This document shows, in pieces, positions 7,999 to 16,550 of a stretch of 16,550 nucleotides of DNA. The notes beneath the pieces were generated by a model. It had not been told where the DNA came from and searched no databases. It saw nothing but the letters and a program-made list of their open reading frames with translations. Both the position numbers and the translations under genes were made by a program. The stretch is from assembly GCA_011364975.1 (NCBI GenBank), contig RDOE01000072.1, positions 1-16,550 on the forward strand, read 5' to 3'. The stretch is from Promethearchaeota archaeon. Its GTDB lineage: Archaea > Asgardarchaeota > Lokiarchaeia > Sigyniarchaeales > SOKP01. Each line of letters starts with the position of its first letter. The first letter of the stretch is position 1.

Positions 7999-10587
7999 AT
8001 GTTTATTCATTTAGAGAATTTAGATGATTCAGAATATAGAGAAATTGATACATTTTTAATTCCTCAACCTCGGTATTGTAAGTTAAAAAACTTTAAAAGC
8101 TGGAAAATTACTGAGCAATCTAAATTGTATACCGATGTAGAAGGAGATTATTCATTTGTTATTAAACAATTTCTTGAAAGATTAGAATTTTTAGGATTAA
8201 AAAGAGAGATAGACATTTACCATACACATGAGATAAAAGAATATCAACAGATTAAATCGACAATTGAGAAGATTAATCCTATTTTTGAAGATAAATTATA
8301 TAAAAGTATACTACGAGAACAAAATTATATTGAACAAGGTTATATTTTAGTATCTCAAAATTCTACAATCTTTATAGAGGCTCCTTCTTATCAAGGACTA
8401 TTCTATGGAATCCAAACCTTAATACAATTACTTAATTCAAGTCAAAATAAATTGTCGATAAATGAAATAAGTATAATTGATTATCCTGCTTTAAAAATTA
8501 GGGGTATTTCTGATGATATTTCAAGAGGACAAGCACCTACTATTGAAAATTTAAAGAAATTCATCAAAGAGTTATCTCACTATAAGATAAATCAATATTA
8601 TATGGTTTATATAAATGATATGTTTCAATTTTCTAATCATCCTCAAATTGGAAAAGATCGAGGTAGATACACACCGGATGAGATCACAGAATTGCAAGAT
8701 TACGCTTCCAAACATTTTATTGAATTAATACCTATTTTCCAGACTATTGGTCACTGGGATAATATTTTACATAATCCTGATTATTGGAAATATGGAGAAT
8801 TTCCCGGTTCGAATAGTTTAAATATTGCAAATGAAAAAATTTATGATCTTTTAGATGAAATGATTGGTGAATTAAGTCAAGTTTTTAAGTCGGAATACTT
8901 TCATATTGGAGCGGATGAAAGTTGGGATGTTGGAAAATTAGCTTCAAGTAATCTAGTTGAAACTATTGGTATTGGTCAAGCATATCTTAATCATTATAAA
9001 AAAGTATATGATATTGTAAAAAAATACGGATATAGAAAAGTGATTATTTACCATGATATTCTTTATAAATACAAAGAAATCCTTGAAGGTTTACCTAAAG
9101 ACATGATAATAATGTACTGGAATTATAAAACTTATAAAAATCATCCTATTTTAAAGAAAATTAAAAAATATAATTTCCCAATGATTGTTAGCCCATCTAT
9201 TATAGACTATAATAGGATATTCCCCAGTTTTGATAAATATGAAAAGAATATTAAAAATTTAATAAGATTTGGTTATGAAAATGGTGTACTTGGAGAAATA
9301 ACTTCAAGTTGGGGTGATTATGGGAATAAAGAAATTCGAGAAAATAGATTCTATGGTTTTATTTTTTCTGCAATGATTGGATGGAATCCTTTAAAGGAAT
9401 ATAATACGATATACTTTTGGAAAGGTTTATTTCTTCATTTCTTTGGAATATCCGACGCTAAATTAATAAAACTTTTTAGCACTTTACGCTCTATACAAGA
9501 TAAACGTCAATTATTTATACGTCCTACGGCCTATTTCAATCACTTTTTTGCTCATCCTTATTCTAAAAACACCATGAGATATAAAAAAAATATAAAGATT
9601 GCCAATTTTGATAAGTTGAAATCTAATTTGAATGAAATTATTAAAATTTGTGAAGAACTAGAAGAAATTGTCCTTAAAAATAAAATTAACATTAGAAATT
9701 TAGCATTTGTAATAAAACACATACGATTTTTCTGTGAAAAAAGATTAAATTCAAAATCTTTGGTAAATGTTAAATTTTTCAGTGAGGATTACAAAAATCA
9801 GAAAATTAAAGAAATTAGAGAACTAATAACAAATTTAACTTTATTATTAAATGAATATGAATTCCTATGGTTACAATGTGCTAAAAAAGAAGGGCTTGAG
9901 CCTGTAAAAAGGTTATATTTATGGTTGCTAAAATTTTATGAAGAAAAAATTGAACAGATAGAAAATAACATAAATTGGGTAAATCCTAATATCCCAAGTG
10001 AGTTAATCTATTTGGATAATAAAGCATTAAATAGAGTTCATACAACATTTTATAAAAAAATAATAACTATTGAAGAAACTATAGAAAGTGCTTATTTACA
10101 GGTAATTGCTGGCACTTATGCTAAAGTTATCATAAATAATTCATATATAGGTTATACAATTACAAGAAATTCACTTAATTTTGTTGTATTAGAGAATAAT
10201 ATTCAAATTTTTAATGTAAAAGAATATTTTAAACAAGGAGAAAATGAAATTAGAATTGAAAATGTTGATTTTATAGGGGGTATCGGTCCGGTTAATATCT
10301 ATGGAGAAATTATCCTAAAAAATAAAGAAAAAATTGAAATAACCTCAAATAAAGCATGGTTAGCTACAAGAGATTTGAAAGAAGTTTGGAGAGAAGTTAA
10401 GAGTTTTGGTAGGCCTCCTAAAGTTACAGGTGGTTTATATTATCCCGATTTTAAAAGCAATCAACATTCAAAAGAAAATTATACTCTTGCATTTTTAAAT
10501 ACACTAGTAAGTAGAAAATCTAAAAATTTTTTTTGGATTTTAAAATTCGTATTTATACTCTTTGAGCGGTTTAATATTTTAGAATAA
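7999..10587 (+). CDS. Glycoside hydrolase family 20 beta-N-acetylhexosaminidase (GH20b N-domain, GcnA/HexD-like catalytic barrel, helical region, C-terminal beta-sandwich)
   Basis: EQGYIL...[12 protein letters not shown] (GH20b), [29 protein letters not shown], catalytic FHIGADE, IIMYWNY and TSSWGD. The C-terminal [29 protein letters not shown] region resembles a galactose-binding-like domain. Confidence 0.9.
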   Translation: MFIHLENLDDSEYREIDTFLIPQPRYCKLKNFKSWKITEQSKLYTDVEGDYSFVIKQFLERLEFLGLKREIDIYHTHEIKEYQQIKSTIEKINPIFEDKLYKSILREQNYIEQGYILVSQNSTIFIEAPSYQGLFYGIQTLIQLLNSSQNKLSINEISIIDYPALKIRGISDDISRGQAPTIENLKKFIKELSHYKINQYYMVYINDMFQFSNHPQIGKDRGRYTPDEITELQDYASKHFIELIPIFQTIGHWDNILHNPDYWKYGEFPGSNSLNIANEKIYDLLDEMIGELSQVFKSEYFHIGADESWDVGKLASSNLVETIGIGQAYLNHYKKVYDIVKKYGYRKVIIYHDILYKYKEILEGLPKDMIIMYWNYKTYKNHPILKKIKKYNFPMIVSPSIIDYNRIFPSFDKYEKNIKNLIRFGYENGVLGEITSSWGDYGNKEIRENRFYGFIFSAMIGWNPLKEYNTIYFWKGLFLHFFGISDAKLIKLFSTLRSIQDKRQLFIRPTAYFNHFFAHPYSKNTMRYKKNIKIANFDKLKSNLNEIIKICEELEEIVLKNKINIRNLAFVIKHIRFFCEKRLNSKSLVNVKFFSEDYKNQKIKEIRELITNLTLLLNEYEFLWLQCAKKEGLEPVKRLYLWLLKFYEEKIEQIENNINWVNPNIPSELIYLDNKALNRVHTTFYKKIITIEETIESAYLQVIAGTYAKVIINNSYIGYTITRNSLNFVVLENNIQIFNVKEYFKQGENEIRIENVDFIGGIGPVNIYGEIILKNKEKIEITSNKAWLATRDLKEVWREVKSFGRPPKVTGGLYYPDFKSNQHSKENYTLAFLNTLVSRKSKNFFWILKFVFILFERFNILE

Positions 10588-10671
10588 ATAAATAGGTAAA
10601 ATCTTCAATAGAAAGATGAAAATTTCAGGTTAAGACGATAGTTATGAAGAAAACTTAACTTTCAAATGCAA

Positions 10672-10706
10672 TTTATATATTTAAAAATTTATATTTTCAA
10701 TATTGA
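10672..10706 (+). promoter_or_regulatory. Candidate promoter of the HD gene: TTTATATA box plus a downstream palindrome TCAATATTGA
   Basis: TTTATATA at 10672-10679, a second TTTATA at 10688-10693, and a perfect 10-bp palindrome at 10697-10706. Confidence 0.3.
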
Positions 10707-10739
10707 TTTTTAAACTAATGAAATTAATAGAAAAGTTCC

Positions 10740-11330
10740 ATGAAGAATAATAACATCGTTGCTGCAATTAGAAAATTTGCATTAAATAATACTTCATATG
10801 ACGATATTCATGGATTTCCTCATGTGAGAAGAGTTCTCAATTTATGTCTTAACATAGGAAAAAGTTTAGATGCTAATATTGTAGTATTAAGAATAGCGGC
10901 TTTACTTCATGATATTGGAAGATTAAAAGAAAAAGATGATACGCTTAAAGGAAATCATGCTGAAATTTCCGCAAATTTAGCATCCGATTTTCTTAATTCC
11001 AATGAATTTAAGCTTTCTCAAAAAGATCTTGAGAATATCCTTCATTGCATAAGAGCGCATTCTTTTTCAAGTAAAATAACTCCTCAAACTCTGGAAGCAA
11101 AAATTTTGTCTGATGCGGATAAATTAGATGCAATTGGGGCGATTGGATTGTATCGAACAATTGGATACACATTAGAAAATAAGGGTAATATAAATGATGT
11201 AATTAAACATTTAGAAGACAAAATTCTTAAAATAAAGGATTTATTATTCCTCGAGATTTCAAATGTAATTGCCGAGAAGAGACATAAGATCATTAAAGCT
11301 TTTTATAAAGAGATTAAAGAAGAAATTTAA
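10740..11330 (+). CDS. HD-domain metal-dependent phosphohydrolase (YedJ/YpgQ-like)
   Basis: HGFPHVRRV, AALLHDIGR, NHAEIS, IRAHSF and EAKILSDADKLDAIGAIG motifs. Confidence 0.92.
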   Translation: MKNNNIVAAIRKFALNNTSYDDIHGFPHVRRVLNLCLNIGKSLDANIVVLRIAALLHDIGRLKEKDDTLKGNHAEISANLASDFLNSNEFKLSQKDLENILHCIRAHSFSSKITPQTLEAKILSDADKLDAIGAIGLYRTIGYTLENKGNINDVIKHLEDKILKIKDLLFLEISNVIAEKRHKIIKAFYKEIKEEI

Positions 11331-11776
11331 TTTTCAGTTAAGTTGTTTTTATTTTTTTTGGGTCTGATAAATAAAATATGAATAGAAACCATGCTAGCAA
11401 CTATAAGTAATATTAACTGAATCCAAATTAAATTATTCATAAATAATAATGAGATCGCTATTGTTATCCAAAGCAAAATTAAGGTAATTACTTTAACTTT
11501 AATTGGCATGCCTTTACCTTCTCTATAATTTCTAATATAACTTCCTAATATTCTATTATTTAATAACCATTTATAAAACTTTTTTGAGGATTTGGCATAT
11601 GCTGCAGCTGTTATTAATAAGAAAGGAGTAGTAGGGAGAATCGGTAAAATGATTCCAATCATCCCAATAATAAGACTAATAGACCCTCCTAGAAATATAA
11701 TACGGTTTAACCACTTTTTTCTTTTAAATTTTTTAATGGTGAGAGTTTTTTGACTCGAGAAAGTTTCGGACTTCAT
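11327..11776 (-). CDS. YbaN family (DUF454) membrane protein
   Basis: G.ISL.IG.IGIILPILPTTPFLL signature, SSKKFYKWLL...G.YI.NY, and a C-terminal hydrophobic hairpin. Confidence 0.92.
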   Translation of the reverse strand: MKSETFSSQKTLTIKKFKRKKWLNRIIFLGGSISLIIGMIGIILPILPTTPFLLITAAAYAKSSKKFYKWLLNNRILGSYIRNYREGKGMPIKVKVITLILLWITIAISLLFMNNLIWIQLILLIVASMVSIHILFIRPKKNKNNLTEN

Positions 11777-11903
11777 TTAAATCAAAAGAGGCGATCCTAT
11801 GTATTAAATTAGCATATTATATTTACAATTTTAAACTTTTATTATTTAAATTATAAGAAATTGTTAAAAAATAGTTGTAAAAATTAAATAAATCTAAAAA
11901 TAA

Positions 11904-14420
11904 TTAATTAATCATCAAATATGGACCGGTTTTAGAATTTAGATTTTTAGCAATATCTTGAGGGGATCCTACTGCTATAACTTCACCTCCTTTTGGTCCT
12001 CCTCCCGGCCCTAATTCAATGATATAATCACAATAGGAGAGAATTGTTGGATCATGCTCGATAATTAGAATACTATTACCGTCCTGAATTAAGCGTTCAA
12101 GTATTTCCATCAATTTTACAATATCATAGTAGGATAAACCAGTAGTAGGTTCATCTAAAACATATAAGTAATTTCCTTTTCGAACTTTTCCAAGTTCCCT
12201 AGCTAATTTAACTCTTTGAGCTTCACCACCGCTTAAGGTAGGTGCAGGTTGTCCGAGTGTGATGTAACCCATTCCAATCTCATTCAATATTTTAAGAATA
12301 CTTGAAACATTTGTCTGGGATTTAAATAACTGTAAGGCCTCATTAACGGTCATATTAAGAACTTCTGATATATTTTTTCCTTTATATTTGATTTCTAATA
12401 TTTCAGGTTGATAGCGCATTCCTTTACATTCCCTGCATGAAATAGTAAAACTACTAAGAAAGGATATTTGTAAATCTTGCACTCCTTGTCCTTTACACGC
12501 CGGGCACCTCCCTTTATCGGAATTATATGAAAAGTGTCCTGGAGTATAATTTCGTTTTTTTGCTTCTGAAGTTTTAGAAAACAAGTCCCTTATCTTATCC
12601 CATATTCCTATGAATGAACTAGGGGTCGAGGTTCGTACACGTGAAATGGGTTTTTGATTAACAATAACTATTTCATCTAAATTTTCCCAACCTTGGATGA
12701 CCCCCGAAAATTCTTCAAAATTTTCATCTCCATTTGCATCTTCATCTTCATTATCCTCCTCTAATTTATTAGACATTATATTCGTTACTCTATGTTTGAA
12801 ATAGGGTTTTAATAAAGGGACCAATGTATCCGAGATGAGGGAACTTTTTCCAGAACCAGAAACACCTGCGATACCCACCATCATTCCAAGAGGTAATTTG
12901 ATTGACACATCTTTAAGATTATTTGTAGAAGCGTTTCGAAGAATTAAATATTTTGTATCATTAGTAATGATTTTTCTCCCTTTTTCTAATTTTTTTGGTA
13001 AACAAAGGTTTCCTGCTAAATATTGTCCAGTGTGAGATTTGATTACGGTTTTTATTCCTTCCAAAGTTCCTTGATAAACTACTTCTCCGCCATAAATACC
13101 TGCTCCGGGGCCTATATCAATAATTTCATCAGCTATATCGATAAAACGCTTATCATGTTCAACAACAATAACAGTATTTCCTAAATCTCTTAGTTGTTGT
13201 AATGTTTTTATTAATGAATCCTTCTCACGCTCATGTAAACTCATGCTAGGTTCATCCAAAATATATATTAAGGAATCTAACCCTCCATCTAAATGAGTCA
13301 TTAATGATAATCTTTGGATCTCTCCACCACTTAAGGTTGGCAAAGAACGGTTTAAATGCAAATAAGATAAGCCAATGTTGACCATTCTAATTAATACAGC
13401 TTTTATATTATCTATTATTGCTTTTCCTTGAGGTTTTTTGATATCATCTTCTGATAAATGTTCAAAATATTCAATTAATTCATCTATAGTCATCATAGCT
13501 AGCTCGCCTATATGCTTTCCAGCAATCTTGATTTCCCTCGCTTCTTCATTTATCCTATATCCTTGGCATTTTTCACATCTTTTTTTTACCATGAAATCAC
13601 TATGAATCTTATTTCTTCTGTATGCACTCTTGCTCTCTGCTAAAGCTCTCTCAATATGAGGGATTATTCCTTCAAAAACACGTTCTAACTCTCCATTAAA
13701 TGTTTTTGATTTCCATTGGAACTTAAGGTTTCTTCCGCTGCCATGCAAATAAACTTGCTTGACCTCTTTTGATAAATCTTTAAATGGCGTTTTTATATCA
13801 AAATTATAAAATTTTGGTAATTGTTCTACAAATCGGATTTGATCAGCAAAAACGCCGGAACCGGCTTTAGTTATTTCTATAAGATTTCTATTATAGTCTT
13901 GAACAATCATTTCTTCAGTGATTAACATATTATATCCTCTCCCTTTACATTCTAAACACATTCCCGACGGTTCATTGAAAGAGAAATGTTTAATTTGTTT
14001 TCGATCAACAACCATTCCACATATTTCGCATTCTAAATTAATTTGATTAACAGGTTCTTTACAAATTGGACATATTAATATACCTTCAGTAGCATATAGC
14101 ATACGAAGAAGCCCATATATTCCTGTTTTTGTTCCAACTGTTGAACGAGGGTTAAAAACACGGGTAGTTCTTTGTTCAACTGCTACAGTGGGACTAAGTC
14201 CTTCAATCATATCAAATGGTTTTTCATCTTCGAATTTAGGAGGAAATCCAATTGATTGGAGATATCTATTCATCCCTTCATCAAATATAATATCAAAAGC
14301 TAAACTAGACTTACCTGAACCTGAAACTCCGGTAATAAGGATCATTTTTCCCTTAGGGAGATCTACATTGATATTTTTGAGATTATGGATTCTTGCACCG
14401 ATTATTTTTATTTTATCCAT
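11904..14420 (-). CDS. UvrA-family ABC ATPase, class II (UvrA2/DrrC-like), lacking the UvrB-binding domain
   Basis: GARIHNLKN start, two Walker A GVSGSGKSS, two LSGGE signatures, ILDEPS and VLDEPT Walker B, VVEHD/IIEHD, six CxxC motifs. At 838 aa it is shorter than canonical UvrA (about 940 aa), with only 10 aa between the first two CxxC. Confidence 0.9.
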   Translation of the reverse strand: MDKIKIIGARIHNLKNINVDLPKGKMILITGVSGSGKSSLAFDIIFDEGMNRYLQSIGFPPKFEDEKPFDMIEGLSPTVAVEQRTTRVFNPRSTVGTKTGIYGLLRMLYATEGILICPICKEPVNQINLECEICGMVVDRKQIKHFSFNEPSGMCLECKGRGYNMLITEEMIVQDYNRNLIEITKAGSGVFADQIRFVEQLPKFYNFDIKTPFKDLSKEVKQVYLHGSGRNLKFQWKSKTFNGELERVFEGIIPHIERALAESKSAYRRNKIHSDFMVKKRCEKCQGYRINEEAREIKIAGKHIGELAMMTIDELIEYFEHLSEDDIKKPQGKAIIDNIKAVLIRMVNIGLSYLHLNRSLPTLSGGEIQRLSLMTHLDGGLDSLIYILDEPSMSLHEREKDSLIKTLQQLRDLGNTVIVVEHDKRFIDIADEIIDIGPGAGIYGGEVVYQGTLEGIKTVIKSHTGQYLAGNLCLPKKLEKGRKIITNDTKYLILRNASTNNLKDVSIKLPLGMMVGIAGVSGSGKSSLISDTLVPLLKPYFKHRVTNIMSNKLEEDNEDEDANGDENFEEFSGVIQGWENLDEIVIVNQKPISRVRTSTPSSFIGIWDKIRDLFSKTSEAKKRNYTPGHFSYNSDKGRCPACKGQGVQDLQISFLSSFTISCRECKGMRYQPEILEIKYKGKNISEVLNMTVNEALQLFKSQTNVSSILKILNEIGMGYITLGQPAPTLSGGEAQRVKLARELGKVRKGNYLYVLDEPTTGLSYYDIVKLMEILERLIQDGNSILIIEHDPTILSYCDYIIELGPGGGPKGGEVIAVGSPQDIAKNLNSKTGPYLMIN

Positions 14421-14450
14421 TATATAAGACCCATTACTTTTTAATTATCT

Positions 14451-15107
14451 TTATATTTTTTTCAATATATAATGAGCAGTATCAGTTTGGCTTATATTAG
14501 CCTTAACCATCGCAATTTCATTTTTATGTTTAATTAATTCACTAAATAAGGTTATAGGAACCCCATCTTTACGAAGCCTATCAAGAATTTCTTCTAATGG
14601 GCTATAATATTCATTCCACCAACACCCTTTTTCCCAGATAACTTGATTATACAATTCAAATCCACTTTTAGGTATTAGAGATTTCTTGCGGGTTATTTTA
14701 TCAATGGCTTCTGCAATTACTAAATACCCCTCAGGTTTAAGCAGTTCATAACAGGCCTTAAAACCTTTTTTATACCCAATAGTATGCAGTACGCCTTCTG
14801 CCCAGATTATATCAAAGCTTTCTTTCTCAAAACCTGAATTTAATAAGGAACCATGTATCGTAATTATCTGATTAAATAAGCCTGCACTTCTGATTTTATC
14901 ATTTAATGAATTTAATGCTATTTCGTCTATATCCATCCCAATGATTATTCCATCAGTTAAGCTTGCTAACTTTATAGTACAAACACCAGTGCCACATCCG
15001 ATATCAAGGATATTTGGATTAGCTATTTTAGGTAATAACCTAAATGCCTTCTCAGTATATTTAAGAAATACTGCCCTAAAATCATCAATACTTGGTATTT
15101 CACTCAT
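14451..15107 (-). CDS. Class I SAM-dependent methyltransferase
   Basis: Motif I ILDIGCGTG, IIGMDID, ESFDIIWAEG and LLKPEGYLVI. GGAG upstream of the ATG. Confidence 0.92.
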   Translation of the reverse strand: MSEIPSIDDFRAVFLKYTEKAFRLLPKIANPNILDIGCGTGVCTIKLASLTDGIIIGMDIDEIALNSLNDKIRSAGLFNQIITIHGSLLNSGFEKESFDIIWAEGVLHTIGYKKGFKACYELLKPEGYLVIAEAIDKITRKKSLIPKSGFELYNQVIWEKGCWWNEYYSPLEEILDRLRKDGVPITLFSELIKHKNEIAMVKANISQTDTAHYILKKI

Positions 15108-15168
15108 AATTAAATTTTCTCCATTTTTAGTATATCAATTAATTTTCTTACCACCTATATTCTCTCCT

Positions 15169-15600
15169 CTATTCTAAATTAGGATTAAATTTGTATCCAC
15201 AATCAAAGCATTCCGCATCATGTACACAGATTTCTCCACCACATTTGGGACATTTGTATAATAATTTTTGTTCCTGAAGCCATTTTTCGAGCCCAATTTC
15301 CTTTAGTTTCTTCAAATTATTAACAAAACTCACATTATATCTTTGGGTATAACGATTTTCAATTTTTTTCAAATTTGAACATGGAAAGTTATCACATTCA
15401 TAACAAAAATCAATTATATTTTTTCTTATTAACGAGCAATCTTTCTTTATGAAAGTACAATTTTTATTACGAATTCTACACCCCTCACATCCAGATTTGC
15501 GTCCACTTTCTTTTAAGAGATTCTTTTTCAATAATAAATATGATCTGCAAGCGCCACAGTACATCCCACAAGGCGCTGCTAAACTTTTTTCACTCATCAC
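15169..15600 (-). CDS. Cys-rich DUF3795-like metal-binding protein with a C-terminal zinc-ribbon-like element
   Basis: APCGMYCGAC, CEGCR, C.FIKKDC and FCYECDNFPC pattern, then CPKCGGEIC..H..ECFDC; 15 Cys in 143 aa. AGGAG at 15606-15610 (minus strand). The start is either GTG 15600 or ATG 15597. Confidence 0.82.
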   Translation of the reverse strand: MMSEKSLAAPCGMYCGACRSYLLLKKNLLKESGRKSGCEGCRIRNKNCTFIKKDCSLIRKNIIDFCYECDNFPCSNLKKIENRYTQRYNVSFVNNLKKLKEIGLEKWLQEQKLLYKCPKCGGEICVHDAECFDCGYKFNPNLE

Positions 15601-15610
15601 ATCTACTCCT

Positions 15611-16549
15611 TTATATTTTTAACTTTAAGAGTTTATTAAACAAAATTTCTTCTTTAGTTAGAATTAACAGGACGTACTCCTGCAACTTCATTAAATCTAT
15701 ATTTTCTAAACAATCATCTTTATAAATATCAGCAGCATTTTTTAAAGATTCTGCTAGTATTGTCCAATTTTTTGCAGATTCATTTATAACCGGTATACTC
15801 TCTTCCAAAATTTTAAAATCCTCACTTTTCCATGCTTTTGAACCTTCTTTAAGATCAGGATGATCCAGTAATTCTTCTAAAAATTTTGCATAGAGATTGC
15901 GAAAACTCGCTCCTCCAGTGCCCCAAGTTTCAATATATCCATATAATAGTTCAAACATTAATCTCGCACGTGAGATTGACTTTCCCTGAGGGTCTTTTTC
16001 CATCCCATATAGCTTATCTTTCCATAGAGGTATTGAATCTGCAAATAATTTTATTCCCTGAATACCAATATTATTTACCGATGGTCGTAGCATATTGTTT
16101 ACAACTTTTTGGATTGCAACTTTTACTCCTGCTGCTAAGGGTGGATGTTTTCCGTCAGTTCTTCTCATCATGGAGAACTGTGTATTGTTTGGTTGCATGA
16201 ATTTCGGACCATATTCTGAACTTCTCGCTTTCTTTAACATCACTATAGGGATTTCTTGAAATCCTTCAAATTCAGAATCACCTATATAAGCAATATCTTT
16301 ATATTCGTCATAACCCGCTAGAGTAATTGCATGCCCCCCGAAATGAATCTCTCCCTCCCGTTCAAAATAGGGTAAAAATCCTAAATCGACTCTAAGAATT
16401 AAAGGAGTGTTTTGGTTCAACATTTTTTTTGATTCCTCCCATGCTTTTGTTGGACTACTGAATGATTGCTTCCTTAAAGTTATTCCCAATAATCTACAAG
16501 CCAATGAGCTTGGTTCGATTGTTCCCTGTTTCCCTCCAAGAAAAAATGG
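15611..16549 (-). CDS. BtrH N-terminal domain / DUF4872-like protein (papain/transglutaminase-like fold), 5'-truncated by the window edge
   Basis: Frame stays open to the edge (PFFLGGKQGTIEPSSLACRLLG). PLILRVDLGFLPYF, HFGGHAITLAGYD and AYIGDS match BtrH_N-type proteins. GIQGIKLFA and GTGGASFRNLYAKFLEE match the DUF4872-type C-terminal region. Confidence 0.82.
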   Translation of the reverse strand, partial: PFFLGGKQGTIEPSSLACRLLGITLRKQSFSSPTKAWEESKKMLNQNTPLILRVDLGFLPYFEREGEIHFGGHAITLAGYDEYKDIAYIGDSEFEGFQEIPIVMLKKARSSEYGPKFMQPNNTQFSMMRRTDGKHPPLAAGVKVAIQKVVNNMLRPSVNNIGIQGIKLFADSIPLWKDKLYGMEKDPQGKSISRARLMFELLYGYIETWGTGGASFRNLYAKFLEELLDHPDLKEGSKAWKSEDFKILEESIPVINESAKNWTILAESLKNAADIYKDDCLENIDLMKLQEYVLLILTKEEILFNKLLKLKI

Positions 16550-16550
16550 G

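Noticed and set aside
10718-10750. Ten-codon upstream ORF (MKLIEKFHEE) overlapping the HD gene start out of frame
   Set aside because: Too short, with no RBS or attenuator features. Chance occurrence is likely.
11777-11903. Partial inverted repeats (ACAATTT/AAATTGT, TTTACAA/TTGTAAA) between the YbaN-like and UvrA-like genes
   Set aside because: Short, AT-rich, with poor internal pairing. No evidence for an ncRNA or MITE.
11904-14420. Calling the ATPase canonical uvrA of nucleotide excision repair
   Set aside because: It lacks the UvrB-binding domain and has no uvrB/uvrC neighbours in the window, so the gene symbol is withheld.
11084-16200. Opposite-strand ORFs 11084-11293, 12835-13035, 14188-14427, 14941-15177, 15540-15725 and 15886-16200
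   Set aside because: All overlap well-supported genes on the other strand. The repeated PEPETP in two of them is just the antisense of the two Walker A motifs.
15611-16549. Butirosin or other antibiotic biosynthetic gene cluster
   Set aside because: No ACP, NRPS/PKS or sugar biosynthesis genes are in the window, and BtrH_N-like domains occur widely outside such clusters.

Overview
AT-rich (roughly 30% GC by eye), densely coding prokaryotic window. It looks archaeal and plausibly Asgard/Lokiarchaeia-like. That is an inference from GAGGTG/AGGTGA ribosome-binding motifs, TTTATA(A/T)A boxes, oligo-T terminators without GC hairpins, a sequon-rich binding protein and the gene content. The left part (+ strand) carries a LIV/HAAT-family ABC importer (5'-truncated binding protein, LivH, LivM, LivG, LivF), a tightly coupled 13-repeat HEAT (PBS-lyase-like) solenoid protein, an acyl-CoA synthetase, a GcnA/HexD-like GH20 hexosaminidase and an HD-domain hydrolase. 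The right part (- strand) is a co-oriented cluster: BtrH_N/DUF4872-like protein (5'-truncated), Cys-rich DUF3795-like protein, class I SAM methyltransferase, a class II UvrA-like ATPase lacking the UvrB-binding domain, and a YbaN/DUF454 membrane protein. The two blocks converge on a shared TTAA stop. I found no RNA genes, CRISPR arrays or mobile elements. Best leads: (i) a possible UvrA2-centred resistance/detoxification operon whose UvrA has an unusual architecture, and (ii) an ABC importer-HEAT solenoid-CoA ligase module. Both are hypotheses, not demonstrated systems.
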